From a virus: DNA of 64,000 nt. Under the pieces are notes generated by a model. It did no database searches. It was not told where the DNA came from and saw nothing but the letters and a program-made list of their open reading frames with translations. This document shows, one piece after another, positions 8,629-18,475 of the stretch. A program made the position numbers and the translations under genes. The stretch's first letter is position 1, and each line of letters opens with the position of its first letter. The DNA is taken from positions 1 to 64,000 of IMG/VR virus record IMGVR_UViG_3300025617_000007. One strand, written 5' to 3'.

Positions 8629-10965
8629 TTATATACTTTGTGTACCTTTTGGATATTCCACAACCATCTTATCGATATCTTTTCTTTCGGCCTGTATAAA
8701 ATAGAAACATTTAATTTTTGAACTTAACAATGCCGAGTTATTAACTACAACCATATTTTCAAATATGTCTTTAACATATAGATTTTGATGTGACCCTATC
8801 GGAGTCAATTGTACCGTAATCGTACTTTCGTCTACCAAATCTATCCAATAATCAGGTAATTCAATAACATTATTACCATCTAATTTACCTCTCACATAAA
8901 CACCATGTTCTGGACCTTCTAAAGAACCATGTCTTAAATTAAATTCAGGTTTTGAGGGATGTTCTATTAAGAATGATTTAGAAGTCGCAAATAGGTTACC
9001 ATTACCGTCTACATTAAATATTTGAGAATTTCCACCGTCATAACCATCAATTAAAAATACACCAGGATTCGATGATTGTAACTCTAATACTGTAGTATAT
9101 GGGTCATCCGCTTCCATCCTAACTCTAGGACTCCTAACAGGTACATTATTATTGTTATAAACTTGGAAATATTCTTCCCCTACTGATTGAAATTCAAGAA
9201 TATAACCATTTTGATTTAAAAATCTATTACTTGTCAATAAACCGTCAGTACTATATATGTTAGTGTTTCCTGCAGATGTAATGTAACCCGCGTCATTATT
9301 AAATCCACTAATATTAATATTGGCTTTTGTTAACTTTCTTTGAACATTTGACGTATCAACCACAACAAAATAGTCTCCGTCACCATTTGTAGTTGACGTA
9401 GGTAATTCTGATAAATCAAGTGTAATATTAGGCGTTGTAGTTCCGTTGGTCACATCTAACCCTGTCCCAACAGTGACGTTAGTTACCGTACCTGAAGTAT
9501 TCGTAAATGGTAAATCAGAAACGAAACCTTTTTTAACGTTATTGTCTGTCGCATCGTGGTAAACTATCGTATCACCAAGTGCAATTCCTGTACCTTCAAG
9601 ATTCGTAGCCGAATCGATGAAGTTGTTAGTGCCTGTGTAGTCAAGAGCAACATCATTAGCGTTTACAACTATACCTGTTCCTGCACCTACATTGAGGGTT
9701 ACTGAACCACCTAAGGAAACTAAACCACCATTTGCTAAACCTGAACCAGCAGTTACCGTAAGTGAAGAGTTGGCTAGTGAACTATTAGGTACATTTGAAA
9801 GACCTAACGTAATCGTACCTGATGTTGTAATTGGCGAACCTGAGTCTACATCGATACCGTCAGTTCCTGAGATTGCCACCGAAGTAACAGTACCTGTATT
9901 TGTTGTGAATCCCGCGTCATTATTAAACCCACTTATATTAATATTACCTTTAGTTAGTTTTCTTTGAACATTTGAACTGTCAACCACAACAAAGAAGTCT
10001 CCATCTCCATTTGTTGTTGACGTGGCTAATTCTGATAAATCAAGTGTAATGTTAGGTGTTGTAGTTCCATTACTCACATCTAACCCTGTTCCAACAGTAA
10101 CTGAAGTTACCGTACCTGAGTTATTAGAGAATGGTAAATCTGAAATTAAACCTTTCTTAACATTATTGTCTGTAGCATCGTGGTAAATAATAGTATCAGA
10201 AGTAGCAATTGAAGTTCCTTCTAAGTTTGTTGCTGAGTCAATGAAGTTGTTAGTTCCCGAATAATCAAGAGCCACATCATTAGCGTTTACAACTATACCT
10301 GTTCCTACACCAACGTTAAGTGTTACAGAACCACCTAAAGAAACTGAACCTCCGTTCGCTAAACCTGAACCCGCAGTCACTGTAAGTGAAGAATTATCTA
10401 ATGAACTATTTGGTATACTATTGAGGTTAGCACCACTACCATTGAACGAACCAATCACTTGACCTTGGAATGTTGCATCTTTACTCGAAGAGTCAAAGGT
10501 CACTGCGGTTCCTGAATCACCATTGGTTGATAATATTAAATCATTATTAGAGAATATTCTGAAATTGTTAGACCCATCATTGTCAAATGCCCCAACATTG
10601 GTCATTCTAAGACCATCCCCATTCTGTGAAATTCTTAAAACGCTATTAGCATAAACAGTATCCGCAGTTATTGAAGTAAGACCCGCAATCGAAGATGCGG
10701 TGTCACCGAGTGAAATAGAAGTACTACCAAGTGTAAAAGAGGAATTATCTAAAGATGCGTTTGGTATAGTGTTAAAACTTACATTTCCCGAACCATTAGT
10801 GATTAAAACTTCATTAGCACCACCATCCGCAGTTGGAAATGAATAATCATTATTAAATGTTATTACACCACCTGTAGATACATTGATTCGGGTAACACCT
10901 CCTGATGTTAAATCAAGACCTGTCCCTCCTGTTCCTCCACTATAAAATACTCCGTTATTGGCCAT
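8629..10965 (-). CDS. Tail-fibre-like protein with an internal ~167-aa duplication and a C-terminal intramolecular-chaperone-like domain
   Basis: G/S/T/N-rich beta repeats; C-term ATSKSFLIEHPSKPEFNLRHGSLEGPEHGVYVRG..ELPDYW..TVQLTPIG..FYFIQAERKD is a known phage fibre terminal domain related to S74 chaperones. Confidence 0.75.
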   Translation of the reverse strand: MANNGVFYSGGTGGTGLDLTSGGVTRINVSTGGVITFNNDYSFPTADGGANEVLITNGSGNVSFNTIPNASLDNSSFTLGSTSISLGDTASSIAGLTSITADTVYANSVLRISQNGDGLRMTNVGAFDNDGSNNFRIFSNNDLILSTNGDSGTAVTFDSSSKDATFQGQVIGSFNGSGANLNSIPNSSLDNSSLTVTAGSGLANGGSVSLGGSVTLNVGVGTGIVVNANDVALDYSGTNNFIDSATNLEGTSIATSDTIIYHDATDNNVKKGLISDLPFSNNSGTVTSVTVGTGLDVSNGTTTPNITLDLSELATSTTNGDGDFFVVVDSSNVQRKLTKGNINISGFNNDAGFTTNTGTVTSVAISGTDGIDVDSGSPITTSGTITLGLSNVPNSSLANSSLTVTAGSGLANGGLVSLGGSVTLNVGAGTGIVVNANDVALDYTGTNNFIDSATNLEGTGIALGDTIVYHDATDNNVKKGFVSDLPFTNTSGTVTNVTVGTGLDVTNGTTTPNITLDLSELPTSTTNGDGDYFVVVDTSNVQRKLTKANINISGFNNDAGYITSAGNTNIYSTDGLLTSNRFLNQNGYILEFQSVGEEYFQVYNNNNVPVRSPRVRMEADDPYTTVLELQSSNPGVFLIDGYDGGNSQIFNVDGNGNLFATSKSFLIEHPSKPEFNLRHGSLEGPEHGVYVRGKLDGNNVIELPDYWIDLVDESTITVQLTPIGSHQNLYVKDIFENMVVVNNSALLSSKIKCFYFIQAERKDIDKMVVEYPKGTQSI
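9289..10414 (-). repeat. Intragenic duplication: two ~500-nt copies (about 9289-9790 and 9913-10414), period 624 nt
   Basis: NSSLxNSSLTVTAGSGLANGGxVSLGGSVTLNVG..QRKLTKxNINISGFNNDAG occurs twice with few substitutions. Confidence 0.9.
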
Positions 10966-10980
10966 TTTCTTTTTTTTTTC

Positions 10981-11042
10981 TTCTTTTTAGGCTTCGGGAG
11001 GGAAATGAATCCCTCCCATTAATTATAGTCTATTGATAAATA
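10981..11042 (-). promoter_or_regulatory. 5' leader element: TATTTAT, then a hairpin (gggaggga/tccctccc, 10996-11017), then AGCCTAAAAAGAA
   Basis: Inverted repeat with no U-tract in the sense direction; the 13-mer ttctttttaggct (10981-10993) is identical to 14596-14608. Confidence 0.7.
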
Positions 11043-11083
11043 CTTTCAATATAAAATATATTAGTTTTATTTATCTATTATTA

Positions 11084-13240
11084 TTAGATTACTTGAACCC
11101 AACCGAATGATTTGTAGATGTAAACACCTTCAGAGTTATTAAGTTGATAAACCATTAATCCCGTTGCCGGTGTTCCAATCGCTAATCTTTGAGCTTCTGT
11201 CATTCTTGGGAATAAGAAACCACTTGTTGTTGAAGCCACTTCTAACACCGCACTTGCGTCAGGTGAATTAGTACCTACACCAACTTGACCTCCAGCCACA
11301 TGTAAATCTGTAGTGTTAATGTCAAACCCAACATCAGTAAACGATAACGTATTACCGTTACCATCAAGTTGTCTGTTTGCAGATAACGTACCATCAGCAT
11401 TATAGATGTTAGTGTTAACTGAACTTGAAACAGATAAGTCAAGTTCGTCTGAACCTGAATTACCGGTAACGACAACAGAACCATCAGTTGAAGTGAATGT
11501 TAATGAACTTCCTAAAGAAACTACCGGGTCAGTACCTGTAGTACCAACATACGTCATAGACGAATTTGCCAATGAACTATTTGGTACGTTAGAAAGACCT
11601 AATGTTATTGTTCCTGAAGTTGTAATTGGTGAACCTGAATCTACGTCAATACCATCTGTTCCTGAAATTGCTACTGAAGTAACCGTACCTGAATTGTTTG
11701 AGAATGGTAAATCAGATACGCTATAATAATCAACATTATTAGACGCATTTGACACCATAATATTCCAATCAAGGTCAATTGGTCCTGTACCAGCACCACT
11801 AGCTAAGATTACGTTATCAGCACCTGCATAGTCCACATTTAAAGTTACTGAACTACCTAAGTCAACTGAACCACCATCTTGTAAACCTGAACCAGCAGTA
11901 ATTGTTACGCTATCGTTAACAAGTCTTGCATTTGCAATAGAACTGTCAATTAATGCCGCAGTTACTGACGCTCCTGCCGTTACCGTAAAGTTAATTTCAG
12001 ATGAATCTGTAAAGTTACCTGATGTAAATACATCAGCTAAAACCTCATTATTAAAGTCAGATACCTGAGAAGCTGTGATTGAGATTGATTGTTCACTTGC
12101 AGAAGTAATACGACCTTGTTGGTCAATTTGTAATGTTACCGTTTCAGACGCTGAACCGTAGTTACCAGTAGTTACCGCAGTATCATCAAGATTAAACGTA
12201 ATAGTACCCGTGTTGTTGTCCACAGTTGTAATACCTGTACCTCCATTGAAGTCAATAGTATCACCCATGTAGTATGTTGAAACACCTGAATCACCAGAAC
12301 TGTCAAAAGAGAATCCTGTAATATCTACATCCGATTGACTGTTATTTAGTCTTAATCTTAATGTACCATTTGAAGGTGAATTGATTGTACCACCTGTTAC
12401 GAATGAATCTACAGAACTCACATCAACCGTGAAGTCTAACGTATCCGTTCCTGAATTACCATTAATAACTACAGAACCATCAGATGAGGTAAGATTTAAT
12501 GTTCCACCTAAAGATACCACTGGGTCTGTACCACCCGCGTTGAATGTCATTGTGCTGTTTGCAAGTTTTGCGTTTGTTACATTATTATCTGCAATTTTAT
12601 CTGTTGTTACCGCTCCGTCAACTAATTCAGCCGTGTCTACTGTGTTTGCATCGATAGATGCTACAAGGTTAACATTTCCTGAACCATCGAATGATACCGC
12701 TGATGCAGTAATATCTCCACTGATTTCGAAGTTTCTAGCAGTCTCTAATGTGGTTGCGGTGTCAGCGTTACCCGTTAAGTCACCAGTAACATCACCTGTT
12801 AAATCACCAACAAAAGATGTTGAAGTGACAGAAGTTAATCCCGCCAATGTCGTTGCTGTATTACCTAAAGTGATAGATGTACTACCGATAGTTACATCAT
12901 CATTAGTTAGCTTCGCATTTGATACTGAGCCGTCCACTAATTGTGAACCGTTTATTGTTTTGTTTGTTAATGTTTGAGTTCCGTCCAAAGTGACAACATC
13001 ATCTCTCGTGGACAAAACACCATCAGCATCAGCTACTACATAATTAGAATCAGTACTACTAGATGCAAGACTTTCAAATCTAACACTACTTGTCGACCCT
13101 GTAGGGATTACGTGTAACATTGCCGCAGGTGCTAAGGTACCAAGACCCATTCTACCGACATCGTTAATAATCGCTCTTTCTACAGTACTCGTAGTAAACG
13201 TCAAACCTGAAGTTTGTAAATTTAAACCATTTGTTGCCAT
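11084..13240 (-). CDS. Tail-fibre-like mosaic protein
   Basis: Shares blocks with ORFs 8629 and 14670; C-term SAVLEVASTTSGFLFPRMTEAQRLAIGTPATGLMVY is typical of Bacteroidota and their phages. Confidence 0.7.
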   Translation of the reverse strand: MATNGLNLQTSGLTFTTSTVERAIINDVGRMGLGTLAPAAMLHVIPTGSTSSVRFESLASSSTDSNYVVADADGVLSTRDDVVTLDGTQTLTNKTINGSQLVDGSVSNAKLTNDDVTIGSTSITLGNTATTLAGLTSVTSTSFVGDLTGDVTGDLTGNADTATTLETARNFEISGDITASAVSFDGSGNVNLVASIDANTVDTAELVDGAVTTDKIADNNVTNAKLANSTMTFNAGGTDPVVSLGGTLNLTSSDGSVVINGNSGTDTLDFTVDVSSVDSFVTGGTINSPSNGTLRLRLNNSQSDVDITGFSFDSSGDSGVSTYYMGDTIDFNGGTGITTVDNNTGTITFNLDDTAVTTGNYGSASETVTLQIDQQGRITSASEQSISITASQVSDFNNEVLADVFTSGNFTDSSEINFTVTAGASVTAALIDSSIANARLVNDSVTITAGSGLQDGGSVDLGSSVTLNVDYAGADNVILASGAGTGPIDLDWNIMVSNASNNVDYYSVSDLPFSNNSGTVTSVAISGTDGIDVDSGSPITTSGTITLGLSNVPNSSLANSSMTYVGTTGTDPVVSLGSSLTFTSTDGSVVVTGNSGSDELDLSVSSSVNTNIYNADGTLSANRQLDGNGNTLSFTDVGFDINTTDLHVAGGQVGVGTNSPDASAVLEVASTTSGFLFPRMTEAQRLAIGTPATGLMVYQLNNSEGVYIYKSFGWVQVI

Positions 13241-13289
13241 GTGTTTTTAATTTTTATTTATTTATTATCCCTATTATAAGTTAAGGCTA

Positions 13290-14573
13290 TTACAATACAT
13301 TTACCCATCCTAATGATTTATACATAAACATACCTTCCTTAGCGGTTGGTGTGTTATCCGTACAATAAACTATTAATCCCGGTATTAATGTGTGTTGGTT
13401 CTCTAAGTCTAATCTTTCAGCCTGTGTCATTCTAGGAATGAGTAGACCTTGATTCGTACTAGCTAACTCTAATAAGGCACATGTTGGAGATGTCGTCCCT
13501 GTCCCTATTGACACTCCAGACTCACCACTAAATGTTAAGTGGTTAGTATCTTGGTCAACAATACGGTCACCATTTAAAGTACCGTCATTGTTGTAAATAT
13601 TATTGGGGTCTTGTGGCTCATATACTCCACTACCACCATTGAATGTAATGACCTGTCCGTCAGTCGCACCTGATACAATGTCTTCTAAATTTGGTGAAAA
13701 TCCAGGTCTTGCAAATAATGAACCGTTAGGTGATGACTTTAGAACAATTGCCATCGCATTTCTATTATTTGGAGATAAAGGTTTAAATTTTGTTAACCCT
13801 CCAGGTCTGTTTGGGTCTCCATAAAGTATATCACCATCATTCCATACCTCACCGTTTTGACCTCTAGTATCTAAACCTTTGACCTCACCAAAAGCTGTAA
13901 CCCATCCATTACCTCCATCGTCAATGGATGATGTAGTAAGACCCATTATGTAATAGTTGGGAAATGAACCGTCAGTTATACCTGAAATAATAGTTATACG
14001 ACCTGAATTACCATCAGTACCTGAAGCCATTACTAAAGTACCATCTGGAATATTACTACCTGATTGGTTTTTCACTCTATACCACATTTCTTGACCCACT
14101 TGTAATGAAGTTCCATTAACGGAATTAAAAACCGTTAGTGAATCTGATGAGCTATCATAATAAACTTGTCCTTGTGGGTTAGTTGGTGGTGGAGTGTCTG
14201 TGGGAACAAATTCCATAGTATTAATACCAACCGTACCACCTGTTAAATGGAGTTTATTACCATCTAAATTTGAAAATCTCTCAGAAGTAAATGACGCATC
14301 TGTAGTATAGATATTAAGAGTGTTTGCCGAGGTGAAGAACCCTGTAACATTAAACGTACCACCTGAGTTATTAGTAAAAGTCGCAACTCCTGTTGTATCA
14401 TTGTAAGTTCCACCCGTAACAAATGTATCAGGTAATGAACTAATATCTCTATATTGAACCTCATTTCCATTAATGACCATAATGGAGTTGGCGTTAACGT
14501 TTAAGTCAACCGTAGAGATATACGTTTTCCCACTAACCGATAATCCATGTCTTGCTACAAACTCTTTTGCCAT
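13290..14573 (-). CDS. Tail-fibre/virion structural protein
   Basis: N-term MAKEFVARHGL; DTFVTGGTY repeat; central LQVGQE..G.VTAFGEV.GLDT..DGDILY domain; C-term LELASTNQGLLIPRMT paralogous to ORF 11084. Confidence 0.7.
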   Translation of the reverse strand: MAKEFVARHGLSVSGKTYISTVDLNVNANSIMVINGNEVQYRDISSLPDTFVTGGTYNDTTGVATFTNNSGGTFNVTGFFTSANTLNIYTTDASFTSERFSNLDGNKLHLTGGTVGINTMEFVPTDTPPPTNPQGQVYYDSSSDSLTVFNSVNGTSLQVGQEMWYRVKNQSGSNIPDGTLVMASGTDGNSGRITIISGITDGSFPNYYIMGLTTSSIDDGGNGWVTAFGEVKGLDTRGQNGEVWNDGDILYGDPNRPGGLTKFKPLSPNNRNAMAIVLKSSPNGSLFARPGFSPNLEDIVSGATDGQVITFNGGSGVYEPQDPNNIYNNDGTLNGDRIVDQDTNHLTFSGESGVSIGTGTTSPTCALLELASTNQGLLIPRMTQAERLDLENQHTLIPGLIVYCTDNTPTAKEGMFMYKSLGWVNVL

Positions 14574-14595
14574 CTTATTATTTTTTTATTTCTTT

Positions 14596-14665
14596 TTCTT
14601 TTTAGGCTATTGAGGGAAGGGGGACTTCCCTCAAAATTTTAATTATTTTATATAATTACTAAATA
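14596..14665 (-). promoter_or_regulatory. Second copy of the 5' leader element: TATTTAG, hairpin (ttgagggaag/cttccctcaa, 14610-14634), AGCCTAAAAAGAA
   Basis: Same order and similar spacing as 10981-11042; 10-bp perfect stem. Confidence 0.7.
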
Positions 14666-14669
14666 GTAA

Positions 14670-16724
14670 TTAAACTATACTTACCGCTCTTGTGTTAGCA
14701 ATAACTGTTACAGTTGCACTATTTGAGTTAATTGTTACGTTACCTGCGTTATCCGCACTTAACTCAACACTATCACTAAACGTACCGATATCCATCGTTG
14801 ACCAGTCAGAATATTCTACAGTTCCTGCGTGGAATATTGCTGAAAAGAACCCTGAACGTGCTGCAGTTCCTTCGATAATTGTATATTCTACATGAACAGC
14901 TCTAAATTCGCTAACCGCAACATTAAATAATGCCGTATTAGCAGAACCTGTAGCTTCAACTCTAATCGTCTGTTCTGATGAAATTAAAACATCAGACGCC
15001 GATTGGTTTAACTCAAGAGTTGCCTCTCTGTAATCAACAGTAGCACCTGTAACAAAAGTATCAGTACCGTCAATACCCGTAATTGTTATATCACTTTCCG
15101 AAGTACCATTTAACTCTAAAGTAATTGTACCATCTGAGTAAGTACCTCCTGTAATAAAAGGTAATTCTACAGGTGAAGTAGCTAATGTCCCTGACCCGTC
15201 AAAAGCAACATCCCAACTACCGTAAGTAATACCTGTAATAGCATCTACAGTTAAGTTTGTTGTTTCTCCTGTATTACTTGTAAGTGTAATTACATTACTT
15301 GAAATACTACCACTTTCAATATGATTCCAAGACCCGTCAATTGTTATATCAACATTATTATTATCCGTTAATGTTAATACACCTGTGTTGTCAGTATAAG
15401 TTCCTCCCGTTATGAATGTATCAATATCTGCACTTACACTAAAATCTAATGTACCTGTTCCTGAGTTACCAACAATTACTACCGAACTATCAGATGAGGT
15501 AAGGTTTAAGGTACCACCTAAAGATATTACTGGGTCTGTACCACCTGCAGTAAATGTAATCTCACTGTTCTCAAGTTTTGCGTTAGTCACGTCACCATCC
15601 GCAATTTTTGCAGTTGTAACCGCTCCATCAACTAATTCAGCAGTGTCTACTGTGTCAGCGTCAATACTAGCTACAAGGTTAACGTTTCCTGAACCATCGA
15701 ATGAAACCGCACTTGCGGTAATATCTCCACTGATTTCGAAGTCTCTAGCAGTCTCTAATGTGGTTGCTGTGTCAGCGTTACCTGTTAAATCACCAATAAA
15801 AGATGTTGAAGTAACAGAAGTTAACCCATCTAAAGTAGTTGATGAACTACCTAATGTAATTACAGTTGTACCAACTGTGATTTCATCACTATCTAACTCT
15901 ACCGTTAATTGAGATAAACCGTTAGATGAAGTAGAAATACCAAGACCTCCGACAACGTCAAATTGAGAATCAAGATTAATTGTACCTGCAGAACCACTAT
16001 CAGCTCCAAAATACCATCTAAATGCGTCTAAGTTAAAGTCATTACCATCATTCAATGTAATAACTAAATCACCGTTATTTAATGTCATTCCAGTTGCAAA
16101 GGTATCAGAGTTTGTTGTTGAGAAACCTGTGATTGAGAAGTTGTTTTCTAAACCGTTATTTACTTCTAACTCTAAAGTACCTGTATTCAAGTCTAATGTT
16201 GCACCTGTAATGAAAGGTAATTCAACCGCTGGTGCCGACACACCTGTAGATGTTCCACTTAATGCCCAATCACCATCGTATCCTAAACCTGTAATCGCAT
16301 CGATAGTTAAATCTTGTGCAGTTCCACCGTTTTTAGTTACTGAGATTATGTTATTAGATTCCGTAATACCTGTTACGAAATCTGTACCTAATGATAAGTT
16401 AACTGTGTTACCATCATTTTTTGTTAAAGTTGCATCACCTGAATCTAAGTCAAATGAAGCACTTGTTACGTTTAAATTTACATCCGAAATCGTTACGGAT
16501 GAACCATCCGCCTGATTAAGAACTAAATCTTTGTTACCCGTTCCAGACAACGTACCGCCAGTTACAAAATCAGCCGAGAATGTGGCTAATGAGAGGTCTT
16601 TTACCTCATTATTTGACGAGTCAATCGCTAAAACAGACAATAGTGTTTGGTCAGTAGTTACGTTGCCTAAAAAGGTAGACCCCGACACTCTCAAACCATT
16701 TCTTGCTACTAATTCGTTTGCCAT
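14670..16724 (-). CDS. Tail-fibre/virion structural protein
   Basis: N-term MANELVARNGL; multiple D(T)FVTG(G/A)T repeats; C-terminal beta domain (FRAVHVEYTI..RSG..YSDWSTMDIG) paralogous to ORF 16740. Confidence 0.7.
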   Translation of the reverse strand: MANELVARNGLRVSGSTFLGNVTTDQTLLSVLAIDSSNNEVKDLSLATFSADFVTGGTLSGTGNKDLVLNQADGSSVTISDVNLNVTSASFDLDSGDATLTKNDGNTVNLSLGTDFVTGITESNNIISVTKNGGTAQDLTIDAITGLGYDGDWALSGTSTGVSAPAVELPFITGATLDLNTGTLELEVNNGLENNFSITGFSTTNSDTFATGMTLNNGDLVITLNDGNDFNLDAFRWYFGADSGSAGTINLDSQFDVVGGLGISTSSNGLSQLTVELDSDEITVGTTVITLGSSSTTLDGLTSVTSTSFIGDLTGNADTATTLETARDFEISGDITASAVSFDGSGNVNLVASIDADTVDTAELVDGAVTTAKIADGDVTNAKLENSEITFTAGGTDPVISLGGTLNLTSSDSSVVIVGNSGTGTLDFSVSADIDTFITGGTYTDNTGVLTLTDNNNVDITIDGSWNHIESGSISSNVITLTSNTGETTNLTVDAITGITYGSWDVAFDGSGTLATSPVELPFITGGTYSDGTITLELNGTSESDITITGIDGTDTFVTGATVDYREATLELNQSASDVLISSEQTIRVEATGSANTALFNVAVSEFRAVHVEYTIIEGTAARSGFFSAIFHAGTVEYSDWSTMDIGTFSDSVELSADNAGNVTINSNSATVTVIANTRAVSIV

Positions 16725-16739
16725 TTTTCTGTTTTTTAA

Positions 16740-18410
16740 TTATATTATATGTTTTATTATCCTAATATCCCAGGTCCCCCCTGAAATATTGGCTTTTAAC
16801 AATGCATTTTCATCTATCAACTCCATACCCCATACGAAGTTTGTTGTGTTCCCAATATCTACCGTTGAGAAATCATTGTATCTTATGGTTGTTCTATCCC
16901 ATACTGATTGAACTGTTCCTGCTCTGTAATTTGTTCCATCATCAATAACATAGTCAAAGAACGCCCCTTTATAAGTAGTAGCATCAACAGTGTCTATTGT
17001 TGTTCCACTTACTGAGACCGTACTTGTCGTTGAGGTCCCTATATGAGTAAGTATTTCTAACCCTGTTATAAGTGTAGAAGTTCCATCGTTATTTTCTAAA
17101 GTAATTTCACCGTTTGAGTAAGTACCACCTGTTATTGTTGGTGAAAATCCTGTCGCACTAAATTCAACACCGTCATTAAGTCCTAAGGTTAAAGTCTTAT
17201 CTAATTGATTATAACTTGTACCTGTAACGTAAGTATCTTCAGTAGTTCCTGTAGTAAATCCTGTAACTACTACCGTACCTTCATCATTTCTTGTTAATGT
17301 AAGACTACCTGTTGCATTATCATAATCACCACTTACCACATAAACATCTGTGGATTCAGGACCTGAAATCGTAATATCAGTTTCAAGACCACCAGCCATT
17401 TTAAGTATTATGTCAGGACCACTAAATGTTCCTCCCGTAATAAACGGTAAAAGAGTCGTACCTGAGGTACTATCAGTTAAGTCTTTAGTTACTCCCCATT
17501 CACTATTATAGGTAAGGGCAGATATTGCAACCTCACCCGATAAACTATCATTATACGAAATAACACCGTTCGTGTTAATAACTAAGGCTTTGTTTTCTGT
17601 AGAACTTGAAATACCTTTAATGGTTACTGTACCACCTCCCGATGAACCACTTAAAACTAAATCTGTCGATGTTAATGATAACCTTTCACCTGTCCCCCCA
17701 ATAATGTCTAAATCATTACCATCTAAATTAAGAACTCTACTACCATCTAAAGTTAAATCAGTATTCGCAATATTAGTGTCAACAATACCTGACGTAAATC
17801 CTGTTACATTAAAAGTCCCACCTGTTGTATTTGTAAATGTCGCAGTTCCCGTATTATTATCATACGTACCACCTGTTACAGTAATATCTGTTCCGTAGAA
17901 TATTCTCCATCTCGCATTTGAACGAGTAACACCACTTACACCCTCAATTGAAGAATCTAACCAAGCATCAATTAACGCTGCACCACCAGGTGTTGAAGTA
18001 GTTACTGTAGTACCATAATCAGATTCGGTAATAGACTCACCGGCACCGTCCCATAGTGATTCATAATTGGTAATGGTATACTGATATGTTAAGTTTGTTT
18101 CGTGAACATAAACTAACATACCTAACCTTCTACGACCAGTAGAAATGTTATCAGAGTTTAAGTTTACAGTGTCAGGTAAAAATGCTAGGGCTCTCTTTGA
18201 ATAGTTAATTGGTATGGTATTACCCGTAAATTCAATTAGACCCGTTTCTCCTTCAGGTATAGTAAAATCTAAATCGGCAAGTGTGTACACTTCCATGTAA
18301 CCACCAATCTGTAACACACTAAAATTACTACCAAAGACCTTATCTCTAGCAACCGAACTCGATGCGTCAAGTTGTGATGATGTTAATGGATTTTTATATA
18401 TAAACGACAT
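16740..18410 (-). CDS. Virion structural/fibre protein
   Basis: RRRLGMLVYV motif, TGGTY repeats, C-term YKGAFFDYVI..RAGTV..YNDFSTVDIG domain. Confidence 0.65.
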   Translation of the reverse strand: MSFIYKNPLTSSQLDASSSVARDKVFGSNFSVLQIGGYMEVYTLADLDFTIPEGETGLIEFTGNTIPINYSKRALAFLPDTVNLNSDNISTGRRRLGMLVYVHETNLTYQYTITNYESLWDGAGESITESDYGTTVTTSTPGGAALIDAWLDSSIEGVSGVTRSNARWRIFYGTDITVTGGTYDNNTGTATFTNTTGGTFNVTGFTSGIVDTNIANTDLTLDGSRVLNLDGNDLDIIGGTGERLSLTSTDLVLSGSSGGGTVTIKGISSSTENKALVINTNGVISYNDSLSGEVAISALTYNSEWGVTKDLTDSTSGTTLLPFITGGTFSGPDIILKMAGGLETDITISGPESTDVYVVSGDYDNATGSLTLTRNDEGTVVVTGFTTGTTEDTYVTGTSYNQLDKTLTLGLNDGVEFSATGFSPTITGGTYSNGEITLENNDGTSTLITGLEILTHIGTSTTSTVSVSGTTIDTVDATTYKGAFFDYVIDDGTNYRAGTVQSVWDRTTIRYNDFSTVDIGNTTNFVWGMELIDENALLKANISGGTWDIRIIKHII

Positions 18411-18475
18411 TTACTATTTTATTTTATAAATACTTTGATATCTCTAATCAAAAGTTTTTTTTTAGTTATTTTTTT

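Noticed and set aside
9692-17898. Plus-strand ORFs over the fibre genes (9692, 11406, 12381, 13603, 14692, 15412, 16129, 16531, 17572)
   Set aside because: All are in-register antisense shadows of long G/T/S/V-rich genes, with no recognisable motifs.
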